Origin: Alphaproteobacteria bacterium
GTDB taxonomy: Bacteria; Pseudomonadota; Alphaproteobacteria; MPNO01
Length of the DNA stretch: 64,000 nt
Reading direction: 5' to 3'
Assembly: GCA_964291675.2 (NCBI GenBank)
Contig: OZ219866.1
Coordinates: 1,216,001-1,280,000 of the forward strand
Positions 30,581 to 42,261 of this stretch are shown here, piece by piece. Positions within the stretch are counted from its first letter, which is position 1; the number at the start of each line of letters is the position of its first letter. The notes below the pieces were generated by a model. It was not told the origin of the DNA, did not search any database, and saw only the letters and a program-made list of their open reading frames with translations. The position numbers were made by a program, and so were the translations under genes.

Positions 30581-31048
30581 ATGACCGGCGCCATCGACGC
30601 CCGCCTCGCCGAGCTCGGCATCGCGCTGCCGGACGCGCCCGCGCCCGCGGCCAACTACGTGCCCTTCGTGGTTGCCGGCAGCCTGGTATTCGTCTCCGGC
30701 CAGGTACCCTTCCGCGACGGCCGGCTCAGCCATGTCGGCAAGCTGGGCGATGCGTATTCGGTCGAGGACGGCCAAGAATGCGCGCGCGTCTGCGCGATCA
30801 ACATCCTGGCCCAGCTGAGGGCGGCCTGCGGCGGCGACCTCGACCGGGTCGCGCGCTGCGTCAAGCTCGGCGGCTTCGTCAACTCGATGCCGGACTTCAC
30901 CGACCAGCCCAAGGTGATCAACGGCGCGAGCGACCTGATCGTGGAAGTCTTCGGCGAGCGCGGCCGGCACGCCCGCTTCGCGGTCGGCGCGCCGTCCCTG
31001 CCGTTCGACGCGGCGGTGGAGATCGACGCGGTGTTCGAGATCGCGTGA
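30581..31048 (+). CDS. RidA/YjgF-family protein
   Basis: PAPAANYVP, SGQ, NGASDL, GRHARFAVG. Confidence 0.92.
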   Translation: MTGAIDARLAELGIALPDAPAPAANYVPFVVAGSLVFVSGQVPFRDGRLSHVGKLGDAYSVEDGQECARVCAINILAQLRAACGGDLDRVARCVKLGGFVNSMPDFTDQPKVINGASDLIVEVFGERGRHARFAVGAPSLPFDAAVEIDAVFEIA

Positions 31049-31054
31049 GCGGCG

Positions 31055-31516
31055 CTACTCGGCGGGGACGGTCTCCCTCGCCCGGGCTTCCCGCTCCTCC
31101 TTCTCCTTGCGCAGCCGGCCGACCGGCTCGGTGGCCCAGCCGTGCTCGGAGATGTCGAAGACGACGCCGTTGATGTCCTTGTACTTCTCCTCCGCCTGGA
31201 GCCCCTCGTAGTCGCCCTCCAGCGTGTAGTGGTAGGACCCGCCTTCCTCCTCGATCTTCTTCGCCGTCGCCTCGGCGTCGTCGACCACGAAGCCGACATG
31301 GTGCATGCCGGCCCAGTCGGGGCCGTTGATCATCCCCTTGGTGCCCTCGGGGAATTGCAGCAAGGTGAGGTTCATCACCCCGTCCGACAGCATCAGCGCG
31401 TTGCCGAACGGCGTTTCGCCGCGGCACACCCGCTCCATGTCGAACACGGTCTCGTAGAACCTTCCGGCCTTCTCGAGGTCGGGCACCTGGATCGCGACGT
31501 GGCGCAGCTTCGCCAT
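31055..31516 (-). CDS. VOC/glyoxalase family protein
   Basis: LRHVAIQVPDLEK, GMHHVGFVVDD, DINGVVFDIS. Confidence 0.88.
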   Translation of the reverse strand: MAKLRHVAIQVPDLEKAGRFYETVFDMERVCRGETPFGNALMLSDGVMNLTLLQFPEGTKGMINGPDWAGMHHVGFVVDDAEATAKKIEEEGGSYHYTLEGDYEGLQAEEKYKDINGVVFDISEHGWATEPVGRLRKEKEEREARARETVPAE

Positions 31517-31677
31517 TGCTCCACTCCGTGGCTGGTTGCGTGGGACGATATTGGCGCAAGCGCGGCGGCGCCGCAACGCAAACGGAGGGGCCGCCGTTGA
31601 CAGCCCCCGGGCGGCGCGATATGGCAAGCGGGGACGGGAATCGCCGGCTCGACAACGGCGAGGCAGGGGGGTGAGAG

Positions 31678-32073
31678 ATGCCACGCGAGATCATTCAGCC
31701 CGAGGGCGTCTTCGTCACGCGGGGGACATACCCCTACGAACAGGTGTGCCGGCACGGCAAGCATGTCTACGTGGCCGGCCAGTTGGCGCTCGACGCCGAC
31801 GGCAGGCTGGTCGGGCGCGGCGATTTCGCGGCCCAGACGCGGCAGGTCTTCCGGAACATCGAAAGATGCCTCGCTTCGGTCGGGGCGACCTTCGACAACG
31901 TGGTGAAGCTGTCGATTTTCTCTACCGATATGGACAGCCACGTTCCGATCTACGCGCCGATCCGCTCGGAGTTCTTCGACCACAGGAACGTGCCCAGCAC
32001 CTACGTGCAGGTGGCGCGGCTGGTCGACCCGGACTGCCTGATCGAGATCGACGCGGTGGCGATTCTCGACTGA
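31678..32073 (+). CDS. RidA/YjgF-family protein
   Basis: YVAGQ, AQTRQVFRNI, PST, LIEIDAVA. Confidence 0.92.
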   Translation: MPREIIQPEGVFVTRGTYPYEQVCRHGKHVYVAGQLALDADGRLVGRGDFAAQTRQVFRNIERCLASVGATFDNVVKLSIFSTDMDSHVPIYAPIRSEFFDHRNVPSTYVQVARLVDPDCLIEIDAVAILD

Positions 32074-32091
32074 ACGAATGGGAGGAAACGG

Positions 32092-33102
32092 ATGAAAGCG
32101 CTGGTGAGGCTGTCGGTCGTTCTGGGCGCGCTGGTCGCCACGGCGAGCGCTGCGTTTGCCGCCGGGAAGGCGGCCTATATCCCCTGCGGCCAGGTCAATG
32201 ACGGGTCGTGGAGCCAGGCCGGCTACGAGGCGATGCTGGTGGCGCAGAAGAGGATCGGGCTGAAGTTCGACCATGTCGAGAGCCCGGCGCCGGCGGATGT
32301 CGAGAACATCGGCCGCGATTTCGCGCGCAAGGGATACAACCCCATCGTGTTCCACTGCGCCACCTTCGTGAAGGCGGCGCGCAAGATCGCCGCCGCCTTT
32401 CCCAAGACCAGCATCCTCCTGTCCACCGGGACCGAGCCGGTGCCCGCCAATCTGGCGATCTACATGCCGCAGCACGAATACGCCTTCATGGGCGGGGTTC
32501 TGGCCGGGCTGATGACCAGGAGCAACGTCGTCGGCGCCGTCAACAGCTTCAAGTTTCCCGAGCTGAACCGCGAAATCGAGGGCTACAAGCTCGGCGTCCG
32601 CTTCGTGAACCCGAAGGCGAAGATCCTTTCGACGTTTATCAATTCATGGACCGACGTGGGCAAGGCGAAGACCGCGGCGGTCGCGCAGCTCGATCTCGGC
32701 GCGGACGTGATCGCCGGCATCACCGACCGGGCGGCCATCGGCGCGATCAAGGCGGCGCAGGAACGCGGCGCCTATTCGATCGGCTTCTACGCCGATCTCA
32801 ACCATGTCGCTCCCGACTCGGTGCTGACCAGCATCATCCTCTACTACACCAAGATGCTGGCCGACCTCGTGGTGACGGCCGCCGAGGGCAAGATGGAGGG
32901 CAAGGTCTATCACTACACCGCGGCGGACGGCTATGTGGGGATGGCCGGATATGGCGGCACCGCGGCCAAGGTGCCGGCGGACGTGAAGGCCAGGGTCAAG
33001 GAGATCAACGACATGATCCTGGCCGGCAAGATCGAGCTGCCCTTCATGCCGGGGGAGGACGACGCCTACAAGGTCGATCTCAAGTCGATCGTCAAGCAGT
33101 AG
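32092..33102 (+). CDS. BMP-family ABC substrate-binding protein
   Basis: NDGSWSQAGY, GYKLGVRFVNP, SWTD. Confidence 0.9.
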   Translation: MKALVRLSVVLGALVATASAAFAAGKAAYIPCGQVNDGSWSQAGYEAMLVAQKRIGLKFDHVESPAPADVENIGRDFARKGYNPIVFHCATFVKAARKIAAAFPKTSILLSTGTEPVPANLAIYMPQHEYAFMGGVLAGLMTRSNVVGAVNSFKFPELNREIEGYKLGVRFVNPKAKILSTFINSWTDVGKAKTAAVAQLDLGADVIAGITDRAAIGAIKAAQERGAYSIGFYADLNHVAPDSVLTSIILYYTKMLADLVVTAAEGKMEGKVYHYTAADGYVGMAGYGGTAAKVPADVKARVKEINDMILAGKIELPFMPGEDDAYKVDLKSIVKQ

Positions 33103-33171
33103 CAAGACGGGCGGAAGCGGGGTTTCCCGGCCTCGTTTCCGCCGCCTGCCGGGCGGGCGTGGAATTTTTCC

Positions 33172-34703
<1,532 letters not shown>

Positions 34704-34707
<4 letters not shown>

Positions 34708-35759
34708 GCCTGGGGGCCGCCGCGAGAGAGAGACTCGTGGAGCTGCGCCCGGCCCTGGGCGCCGTCGCCGGGCCCGCGATAGCGGTCGTCGCCGCCCTCG
34801 CCGTGACCGGCCTGATCCTGCTGGCGCTCGGCGTGGACCCGGTCGCGGCCTACGGCCACGCAATTCGCGGCGCTTTCGGCGACACCATCGGGTTGACGGA
34901 AACGCTGGTAAAGACGGTCCCGCTGCTGCTCACCGGCCTTGCCGTGGCGCTCGCCTTCCGCTGCGGGTTCTGGAACATCGGCGCGGAAGGACAGCTCTTC
35001 GTGGGCGCGCTGGCGGCGGTCGGCGTGGGCATGAACGATCTTCAACTGGCACCGGCATTGCTCCTGCCCGCGGTCGTCGCGGCCGGGTTCCTGGCCGGCG
35101 GCCTGTGGGGGTCGATCGCCGGCGCCCTAAAGGTTCGTTTCGGCGCAAACGAAGTCCTCGTCACGCTGATGATGAACTACATCGCGATCTTCGGCGCGAG
35201 CTACATGATCAACGGGCCCTGGGCCGTCGGGCTCATACCGCAAAGCCGCGATATCGATCCCGCGGCCGCGCTGCCGATATTGTGGGCCGGCACCAGGCTT
35301 CACGCCGGCATTCTGATCGCCGTGGTCGGCGCCCTCCTGCTCTACGTTCTGGTCTTCCATACGCGCCTCGGGTTCGAACTGCGCGCCATCGGCTACAATC
35401 CCGACGCAAGCCGGGCCGCGGGCATGCCGGTCGGACGGAATGTCGTACTGGCGCTGTTCGTCGCCGGCGGGCTGGCCGGGCTCGCCGGCGTCGGCGAGGT
35501 GGCGGGCGTCCATCACGCCATGATGGAGAGCATTTCCCCCGGCTACGGCTATATCGGCATCGTCGTTGCCCTCATCGGCGGCCTCCATCCGCTCTGGACG
35601 ATCGTTTCCGCCTTCATGTTCTCCGCCCTGTTCATCGGAGTGGACGCCATGCAGAGGGCGGTGGGGCTGTCGACGGCGATGGTATGGCTGATCCAGGGGT
35701 CGGTCGTTCTGGCGCTGCTGGCCAGCCGCGCCTTCAACCGCTATGCCGCGAGAGGGTGA
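34704..35759 (+). CDS. ABC transporter permease
   Basis: [19 protein letters not shown]. Confidence 0.92.
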
Positions 35760-35771
35760 CGGGGCGTAGCG

Positions 35772-36719
35772 ATGGAGCTCTTTCTCCAGGTCTTCTTCTG
35801 GGTGCTTCTGCTTCAGGCATCGATTTCGATCGCCGCGCCGATCCTGTTCGCCGCGCTCGGCGAGTGCGTGGCCGAACGGGCGGGGTTCATGAATATCGGG
35901 ATCGAAGGGATGATGACGGTGGGGGCCTGGGCCGCCTTCCTGGCCGCCGTGTTCACCGGCAGCTCATGGGCGGGGATCGGGGTCGGCACGCTGGGCGGCG
36001 GCCTGATCGCGCTGCTGGCCGCCTGGATCTGCGTGAGCCGGGGCGCCGACCAGATCGTGACCGGCATCATGCTCAACCTGTTCTGTCTCGGGCTGACCAG
36101 CGTTTCGTTCAGCGCGATCTTCGTCGCGCCGAGGCCGGTTCCGACGCTGGACCCCATGGCGGTCTACCGGATCCCGTTTCTGTCCGACCTGCCCTATGTC
36201 GGCAAGATACTGTTCAGCCACAGCCCGCCGGTATATGTCGCGTTCGCCCTGGTCGTGCTGCTCTTCGTCCTGCTCAACAGGACGACGCTCGGTCTCCAGA
36301 TCCGCGCGGTCGGCGAGAAACCGGAGGCGGCGGAGGCCGCGGGAGTCGACGTGTTCCGAGTCCGCTATTTCGCGATCGTGGTCGGCGGCGCTCTGGCCGG
36401 GCTCGGCGGCGCCGTGCTGTCGGTCGGCCAGCTCGGCCTGTTCTCCGACTTCATGACCGGCGGGCGCGGGTTCATCGCGCTCGCGGTCGTCGTCTTCGCG
36501 CGCTGGGATCCGGTCAAGATACTCGGCGCCAGCATCCTGTTCGGGCTGGCGGAGGCCTTGCAGGCGCGCCTGCAGGCGGTCGGCGCACCGGTGCCGCACG
36601 AGTTCCTGCTCATGCTGCCCTACGCGCTGACCATCGTCGTCCTGCTGGGCGTGGCCGGAAAATCGTCCTACCCGAGCGCCGTGGGGCTGCCCTTCGTCAG
36701 GGGCACGCGGAGAGACTGA
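35772..36719 (+). CDS. ABC transporter permease
   Basis: ERAGFMNIGIEG, GRGFIALA, LPY. Confidence 0.92.
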   Translation: MELFLQVFFWVLLLQASISIAAPILFAALGECVAERAGFMNIGIEGMMTVGAWAAFLAAVFTGSSWAGIGVGTLGGGLIALLAAWICVSRGADQIVTGIMLNLFCLGLTSVSFSAIFVAPRPVPTLDPMAVYRIPFLSDLPYVGKILFSHSPPVYVAFALVVLLFVLLNRTTLGLQIRAVGEKPEAAEAAGVDVFRVRYFAIVVGGALAGLGGAVLSVGQLGLFSDFMTGGRGFIALAVVVFARWDPVKILGASILFGLAEALQARLQAVGAPVPHEFLLMLPYALTIVVLLGVAGKSSYPSAVGLPFVRGTRRD

Positions 36720-36807
36720 TGTTCGGGCGGGTCGGGAACGCGCCGGGTTGCGCCCGGGGTGCCGCAGAAGCTATGCAGGCCGGGCAGTCTGCGATCCGGG
36801 AGGCATC

Positions 36808-37848
36808 ATGAAGATCGGCGTGACCATCGGCTATTCGGGCGCGAGCTTCTCGGTGCCGCCCGACGAGCTCAGGGAGATCGAGAGCCTGGGCTACGACTCG
36901 GTCTGGACGTCGGAAGCCTACGGCTCGGATGCGCTGACGCCGGCCGCCTGGGCGCTCGCCCACACCTCGCGGATCACCGTCGGCACGGCGATCGTCCAGA
37001 TGGGGGCGCGCACGCCGACTGCCGCGGCGATGGCGGCGATGACCCTGCAGGCGCTGTCGGGCGACCGCTTCGTGCTCGGTATCGGCCCGTCGGGGCCGCA
37101 GGTGATCGAGGGCTGGTACGGCGTCCCCTACGGCAAGCCGCTGACCCGGACCCGCGAGTACATCGCGATCGTGCGCAAGATCCTCGCCCGCGAGGCGCCG
37201 CTGACGCATGAGGGCGAGCACTACGCCATCCCCGCCGCCGGCCCCGGCACCACCGGGCTCGGGCGGCCACTGAAGAGCATCCTGCACGCGAAGCCGGGGC
37301 TAAAAATCTTCACCGGCGCCTTCACCCCGGCCGGGGTGCGGATTGCGGCCGAGCTCGCCGACGGGTTCTTTCCGGTATTCATGAACCCCGAACGCTTCGA
37401 CCTGTTCGAGGTGCCGCTCGCCGATGGTTTCGCCGCTTCGGGCGGCGGCAAGAGCCTCGCCGATTTCGAGATCGCGCCCTTCGTCCCGGTCCATGTCGGC
37501 GACGATTTGGAGGCCTGCCGCATGGAGGTCAAGCACCACCTCGCCCTCTATGTCGGCGGGATGGGCGCGCGGTCGAAGAACTTTTACAACGACTACGCCA
37601 TCCGGCTCGGCTACCCGGACGCGGCGGCCGAGGTGCAGGACCTGTTCCTCGGCGGCAAGCGCAAGGAGGCGGCCGCCGCGATCCCCGATTCCTTCGTCGA
37701 CGACATCGCCCTGGTCGGCCCGCGCGAGCGCATCCGCGACCGGCTCTCGGTGTGGAAGGAGGCAGCCGCCAGGGGCCACGTGTCGACCCTGATCGCCAAC
37801 CGCTCGGACGCACAGGCGCTCCGCGTGCTCGCCGAAGAGGCGCTGTAA
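36808..37848 (+). CDS. LLM-class (luciferase-like/F420-type) oxidoreductase
   Basis: WTSEAYGSDA, GPSGPQVIEGWYG, YVGGMG...NFYN. Confidence 0.9.
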   Translation: MKIGVTIGYSGASFSVPPDELREIESLGYDSVWTSEAYGSDALTPAAWALAHTSRITVGTAIVQMGARTPTAAAMAAMTLQALSGDRFVLGIGPSGPQVIEGWYGVPYGKPLTRTREYIAIVRKILAREAPLTHEGEHYAIPAAGPGTTGLGRPLKSILHAKPGLKIFTGAFTPAGVRIAAELADGFFPVFMNPERFDLFEVPLADGFAASGGGKSLADFEIAPFVPVHVGDDLEACRMEVKHHLALYVGGMGARSKNFYNDYAIRLGYPDAAAEVQDLFLGGKRKEAAAAIPDSFVDDIALVGPRERIRDRLSVWKEAAARGHVSTLIANRSDAQALRVLAEEAL

Positions 37849-37858
37849 GGGCGCAGCG

Positions 37859-38311
37859 ATGGAGCTGACCGACGAGGACGTGCGCGAGATCCTCGAGCTG
37901 ATCGACAAGTCCGGCTTCGACTATTTCGAGATCGACTATCGCGGCCTCAGGCTCACGGTCAGCAAGAGCCCCCTCGCCGCGCCCGCGCCCGCCGCTTCGC
38001 CCGCACCCGCAGAGGGGCCGGAGCCCGCGCCCGGCAAGCGGTCCGGGCGCGACATCCCGGACGGGCTCGTGGCCGTCCCGGCGCCGATGGTCGGCACCTT
38101 CTACCCCGCGCCGCGCCCGGGCGCCCAGCCCTTCGTCAGCCCGGGCGACCGGGTCGAGCCCGACACCACGGTCGGGCTGATCGAGGTGATGAAGGTGTTC
38201 GCGGCCGTCGCCGCCGGGGTGAGCGGCATCGTCGAGGAGGCGCTGGCCGGCGAGGCCGAGGGCGTGGAATACGGCCAGCCCCTGTTCCTGGTCCGCCCCG
38301 ACGCTTCCTAG
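37859..38311 (+). CDS. accB: Biotin carboxyl carrier protein
   Basis: APMVGTFY, IEVMK biotinylation motif, VEYGQPLF. Confidence 0.88.
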   Translation: MELTDEDVREILELIDKSGFDYFEIDYRGLRLTVSKSPLAAPAPAASPAPAEGPEPAPGKRSGRDIPDGLVAVPAPMVGTFYPAPRPGAQPFVSPGDRVEPDTTVGLIEVMKVFAAVAAGVSGIVEEALAGEAEGVEYGQPLFLVRPDAS

Positions 38312-38313
38312 CC

Positions 38314-39771
38314 ATGGCCAAGATCCGCTTCGTCGACACCACGATCCGCGACGGGCATCTGAGCCTGTGGGCGTCGGGGATGACGACGGGCATGATGCTG
38401 CCGGTCATCCAGCGGCTGGACGATGCCGGGTTCGAGGCGATCGAGATCCTGTCCGACGGCCAGATGGGGAAGGCCGTCCGCGAGCTGAAGGACGATCCGT
38501 TCGAGCGCATGCGGCTCGCCGCCGAGCGGGCGAAAAACACGCCGCTTCGCCTGATCGCGGGCCGCATCGCCACCTTCGAGTACGAGCCGCCCGAGGCGTT
38601 CGCCCTGTTCCTCCTTCTCGCGGCGCGGAACGGCGTCTCCGAGGTCAGGATTTCCGACCCGTGGAACGAATACGCCGGCTGGAAGCGCCGGGTCGAGGCC
38701 GCGCACGCCGCAGGGCTCAGGGTGATCCTCAACCTGGTCTACTCGATCTCGCCCGTCCATACCGACGCCTACTATGCCGAGCGCTGCCGCGAGGCCGCCT
38801 CGCTCGGCGTCTGGCGGCTCTGCTTCAAGGACCCGGGCGGGCTGCTGACGCCGGAACGCACCAGGGCGCTGGTCCCGGTCATGCTGGAAAATGCCGGTTC
38901 CACCCCGGTCGAGTTCCACACCCACTGCACCACCGGGGTCGGCCCGCTGTGCTGCCTGGAGGCCATCGCGGGCGGCATGACCATCGTCAACACCGCCTTG
39001 CCGCCGCTCGCCGACGGCTCGTCCAACCCGTCCGCCTTCGATGTCGCGGCGAATGCGCAAGCGCTCGGCCACGAGCCCGCTCTCGATCTCGATGCGCTCC
39101 GCCCCGTCTCGGCGCATTTCGAGACCGTGGCCCGGCGCGAGGGCTTCCCGGTCGGCCGGCCGGTCGCCTTCGACGCCGCCCAGCACCGCCACCAGGTGCC
39201 GGGCGGGATGATCTCCAATCTCGCCTTCCAGCTCCGCAAGGTGGGGATGGAGGACCGGCTGGCCGACGTGCTGGAGGAGACGGTGCGGGTGCGCGCCGAG
39301 CTCGGCTACCCGGTCATGGTCACGCCGCTCTCGCAATTCGTCGGCAGCCAGGCGGCGATCAACGTGATCGCGGGCGAGCGCTACCGCGAGGTCACCGACC
39401 AGGCGATCGAGTACGCGCTCGGCCGTTACGGCGAGACCGCGATCCGGGCGATGGACCCCGACATCCGCGCCCGCATCCTGGAACGCAAGCGCGCCGACGA
39501 GGTCAGGCGCCGCGACGAGCCCTCGCTCGACGACCTCCGCGAGCGCTTCGGCGGGGCTGGCGTTGCGGAGGAGGAGATGATGCTGCGCTGGCTGTTCGGC
39601 ATCGACGCGGTCGCGGCGCAGCGCAGCGCCGGCCCGCCCACCCCCTATGCGAGCGGCCGCCACCCCGTGGTCGCGCTGGTCGACCGCCTCTGCCGGCGCG
39701 ACGACAGGGCGCTGATCGCAATCGATCGGCCCGGGCTCTCGCTCAGGCTGGAGCGGCGCTGCGCGAGTTGA
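38314..39771 (+). CDS. Pyruvate carboxylase B/oxaloacetate decarboxylase alpha-like carboxyltransferase
   Basis: DTTIRDGH, FKD, HTH, HQVPGGMISN, GYPVMVTPLSQ. Confidence 0.88.
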   Translation: MAKIRFVDTTIRDGHLSLWASGMTTGMMLPVIQRLDDAGFEAIEILSDGQMGKAVRELKDDPFERMRLAAERAKNTPLRLIAGRIATFEYEPPEAFALFLLLAARNGVSEVRISDPWNEYAGWKRRVEAAHAAGLRVILNLVYSISPVHTDAYYAERCREAASLGVWRLCFKDPGGLLTPERTRALVPVMLENAGSTPVEFHTHCTTGVGPLCCLEAIAGGMTIVNTALPPLADGSSNPSAFDVAANAQALGHEPALDLDALRPVSAHFETVARREGFPVGRPVAFDAAQHRHQVPGGMISNLAFQLRKVGMEDRLADVLEETVRVRAELGYPVMVTPLSQFVGSQAAINVIAGERYREVTDQAIEYALGRYGETAIRAMDPDIRARILERKRADEVRRRDEPSLDDLRERFGGAGVAEEEMMLRWLFGIDAVAAQRSAGPPTPYASGRHPVVALVDRLCRRDDRALIAIDRPGLSLRLERRCAS

Positions 39772-39813
39772 CATCGCCGCGGCGGTGACGCACCTCTGCC
39801 GGCGGAGGTGTCC

Positions 39814-41190
39814 ATGGCTGGCTACGACTACGATCTGTTCGTCATCGGCGCGGGCTCCGGCGGGGTCCGGGCGGCGCGGATGTCGGCATCCTACGGGGCG
39901 CGGGTGGGCATCGCCGAGGAGCGCTTCCTGGGCGGGACCTGCGTCAATGTCGGCTGCATCCCCAAGAAGCTCTTCGCCTACGGCGCGCATTACCGCGAGG
40001 ACGCCGACGACGCGGCGGCGTTCGGCTGGACCTTCGCGGAGCCGGCCCTGCACTGGCCGACCCTGATCGCCAACAAGAACCGGGAGATCGAGCGCCTCAA
40101 CGGCATCTACCGGCGCATTCTGGAGAGCAACGACGTCCGCATCCACGAGAGCCGCGCGCGGCTGGTCGACGCCCACACGCTCGATGTCGGCGGCGAGCGT
40201 GTGACCGCGGAGACCGTGCTGATCGCGGTCGGCGGGCGGCCGCAGCGCCCGGCGATCCCGGGCGGCGAGCACGCGATCACCTCGGAGGAGGCGTTCTATC
40301 TCGAACGGCGGCCCGACCGGGTGCTGATCGTCGGCGGCGGCTATATCGCGGTCGAGTTCGCCGGCATCTTCAACGGCTACGGCGCGGAGGTCGTCCAGGC
40401 CTATCGCGGCCCGCTGTTCATGCGCGGCTTCGACATGGACATCCGCACCCACCTCGCCGAGGAGATGGCGAAGAAGGGCGTCGACCTCCGCTGGCGCACC
40501 ACGGTGGAGCGCATCGACCGCGCGGACGGACGGCTCGCCTGCGCGCTGTCTTCGGGCGAGACGGTCACGGTCGACCGGGCGATGTACGCGATCGGCCGGG
40601 TGCCCAACGTCGCCGATCTCGGGCTGGAGGCGGTGGGCGTCGAGACGCGGGAGAACGGCGCGATCCGGGTCGACGACCGGTTCCGCACCAGCGTCGACAA
40701 CATCTACGCGCTGGGCGACGTGACCGACCGGCTGCAGCTCACCCCGGTCGCCATCGCCGAGGCCATGGTGCTCGCCGCCAACCTCTATGACGGCGGGGAC
40801 CTGGCCATGGACTATGCCGACGTCGCGACCGCGGTGTTCTCCAACCCCAATGTCGGCACCGTCGGGCTGACCGAGGAGCAGGCGCGCGAGCGCTACGGCG
40901 CGATCGACGTCTATCGCGAGGCGTTTCGCCCGCTCAAGCACACGCTGACGGAGGCCCAGGACCGCACCATGATGAAGCTCGTCGTCGATCGCGCCTCGGA
41001 CCGGGTCCTCGGCTGCCACATGGTGGGGCCGGACGCCGCCGAGATCACCCAGGGGCTCGGCATCGCGCTCAAATGCGGCGCCACCAAGGCGCAGTTCGAC
41101 GCCACCGTCGGCATCCACCCGACCGCGGCCGAGGAGTTCGTCACCATGCGCAGCCCGGCCCCCGAGCCCGAGGCGCAGGCGGCGGAGTAG
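39814..41190 (+). CDS. gor: Glutathione-disulfide reductase
   Basis: GAGSGG, GGTCVNVGCIPKK, GIHPTAAEE. Confidence 0.95.
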   Translation: MAGYDYDLFVIGAGSGGVRAARMSASYGARVGIAEERFLGGTCVNVGCIPKKLFAYGAHYREDADDAAAFGWTFAEPALHWPTLIANKNREIERLNGIYRRILESNDVRIHESRARLVDAHTLDVGGERVTAETVLIAVGGRPQRPAIPGGEHAITSEEAFYLERRPDRVLIVGGGYIAVEFAGIFNGYGAEVVQAYRGPLFMRGFDMDIRTHLAEEMAKKGVDLRWRTTVERIDRADGRLACALSSGETVTVDRAMYAIGRVPNVADLGLEAVGVETRENGAIRVDDRFRTSVDNIYALGDVTDRLQLTPVAIAEAMVLAANLYDGGDLAMDYADVATAVFSNPNVGTVGLTEEQARERYGAIDVYREAFRPLKHTLTEAQDRTMMKLVVDRASDRVLGCHMVGPDAAEITQGLGIALKCGATKAQFDATVGIHPTAAEEFVTMRSPAPEPEAQAAE

Positions 41191-41199
41191 GGGGCCGCC

Positions 41200-41427
41200 T
41201 CAGCCGTTCCCGGCGTGGTGGCGGTCGAGCGCGTCGAGCAGCGCGAGCCCCCGCGCGGCGTCGCCCCGGGCCGCCCGCGCCCGGAAGCGCAGCTCGGTGT
41301 CGTGCTCGGCGAGCGCGCGCGCCGACAGCTCCTGCATCAGCTTGTTGAGGCTCACCCCGCGCCGCGCTGCCAGCGCCGCCAGGCGGTCGCGCTGGGCGTC
41401 GGGTAGCCGGATCGTCATCGTCGCCAT
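41200..41427 (-). CDS. Ribbon-helix-helix (HicB-like) antitoxin
   Basis: TMTIRLPD...RGVSLNKLMQEL; directly downstream of the PIN fragment. Confidence 0.82.
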   Translation of the reverse strand: MATMTIRLPDAQRDRLAALAARRGVSLNKLMQELSARALAEHDTELRFRARAARGDAARGLALLDALDRHHAGNG

Positions 41428-41428
41428 G

Positions 41429-41665
41429 TCAGCCGCTCTCCTTCAGCCAGTCGCCGGGGGCGAGCACCCGCAAGCCCGGGAAGCGCAGCTCGCCGGCCGC
41501 GACGTCCCGCGCATTGCCGGTCACGATGCAGCCCGCGTTGCCGGCGACCGCAAGCTCGACGACGTGGTTGTCCGACTCGTCGGGCAGGTTCGGGCGCCAC
41601 AGGAACGCGATCTCGACCCACTCGCAGGCGGCGAGAAAGGCGTCCAGCAGAGCCGCCCGGTCGGA
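41429..41665 (-). pseudogene. PIN-family toxin, 5'-truncated
   Basis: Only the C-terminal half remains (WRPNLPDESDNHVVELAVAG...TGNARD); no DTN N-terminus; repeat cluster upstream. Confidence 0.75.
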
Positions 41666-41742
41666 GTGACAGCATATACGCTGGCTTTGGACGGGCAAAA
41701 GGCGAACGCGAGCGCCCTGCCCCGGGCTCTCGATGCACTACC

Positions 41743-42167
41743 CATGGATGCCCGGATCAAGTCCGGGCATGACGGGAGGGAGGCATGGCGATGGGTCGGG
41801 CCTCATCCGGCTCTCCCTGCTCCTCCACCGCCACCACCACCCCGTCATGGCCGGACTTGATCCGGCCACCCATGCGCGGACTCGATCCGCGCAACCACTG
41901 GCGCCACCGGTACAACGCCCCGTCGGGAGAGGCGGCGGCGCCAGTGGATGCCCGGATCACCCCCGGACTTGATCCGGGGGCCGGGGCATGACGATGGGGG
42001 GAGGCATGGCGCTGGGCGGGGAACGCCGGGCGCGACCCGCGTCGAAGGCTAAACCGGACAGCAGTGGACTCGATCCGGCCATCCATGCCGTCCGTCGCCG
42101 GAAAGGCGACCGGGGAGGGCGCGTCCTTCGATACGCGCGCCTGCGGCGGGCTGCTCGGGATGAGGGA
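41743..42167. repeat. Cluster of palindromic repeats (family 1, plus one family 2 copy)
   Basis: Several GGACTTGATCCGG/CCGGATCAAGTCC units; 41843-41960 is an inverted relative of 25409-25519. Confidence 0.85.
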
Positions 42168-42261
42168 TTTGAACGCGCCACGATTTGCTGGCAATTTCGG
42201 CGGGACTGGCGTATAGGGCGGCCCTTCCGGAAAACCGGACCGAGACAGGGAGAGAGGCGCG

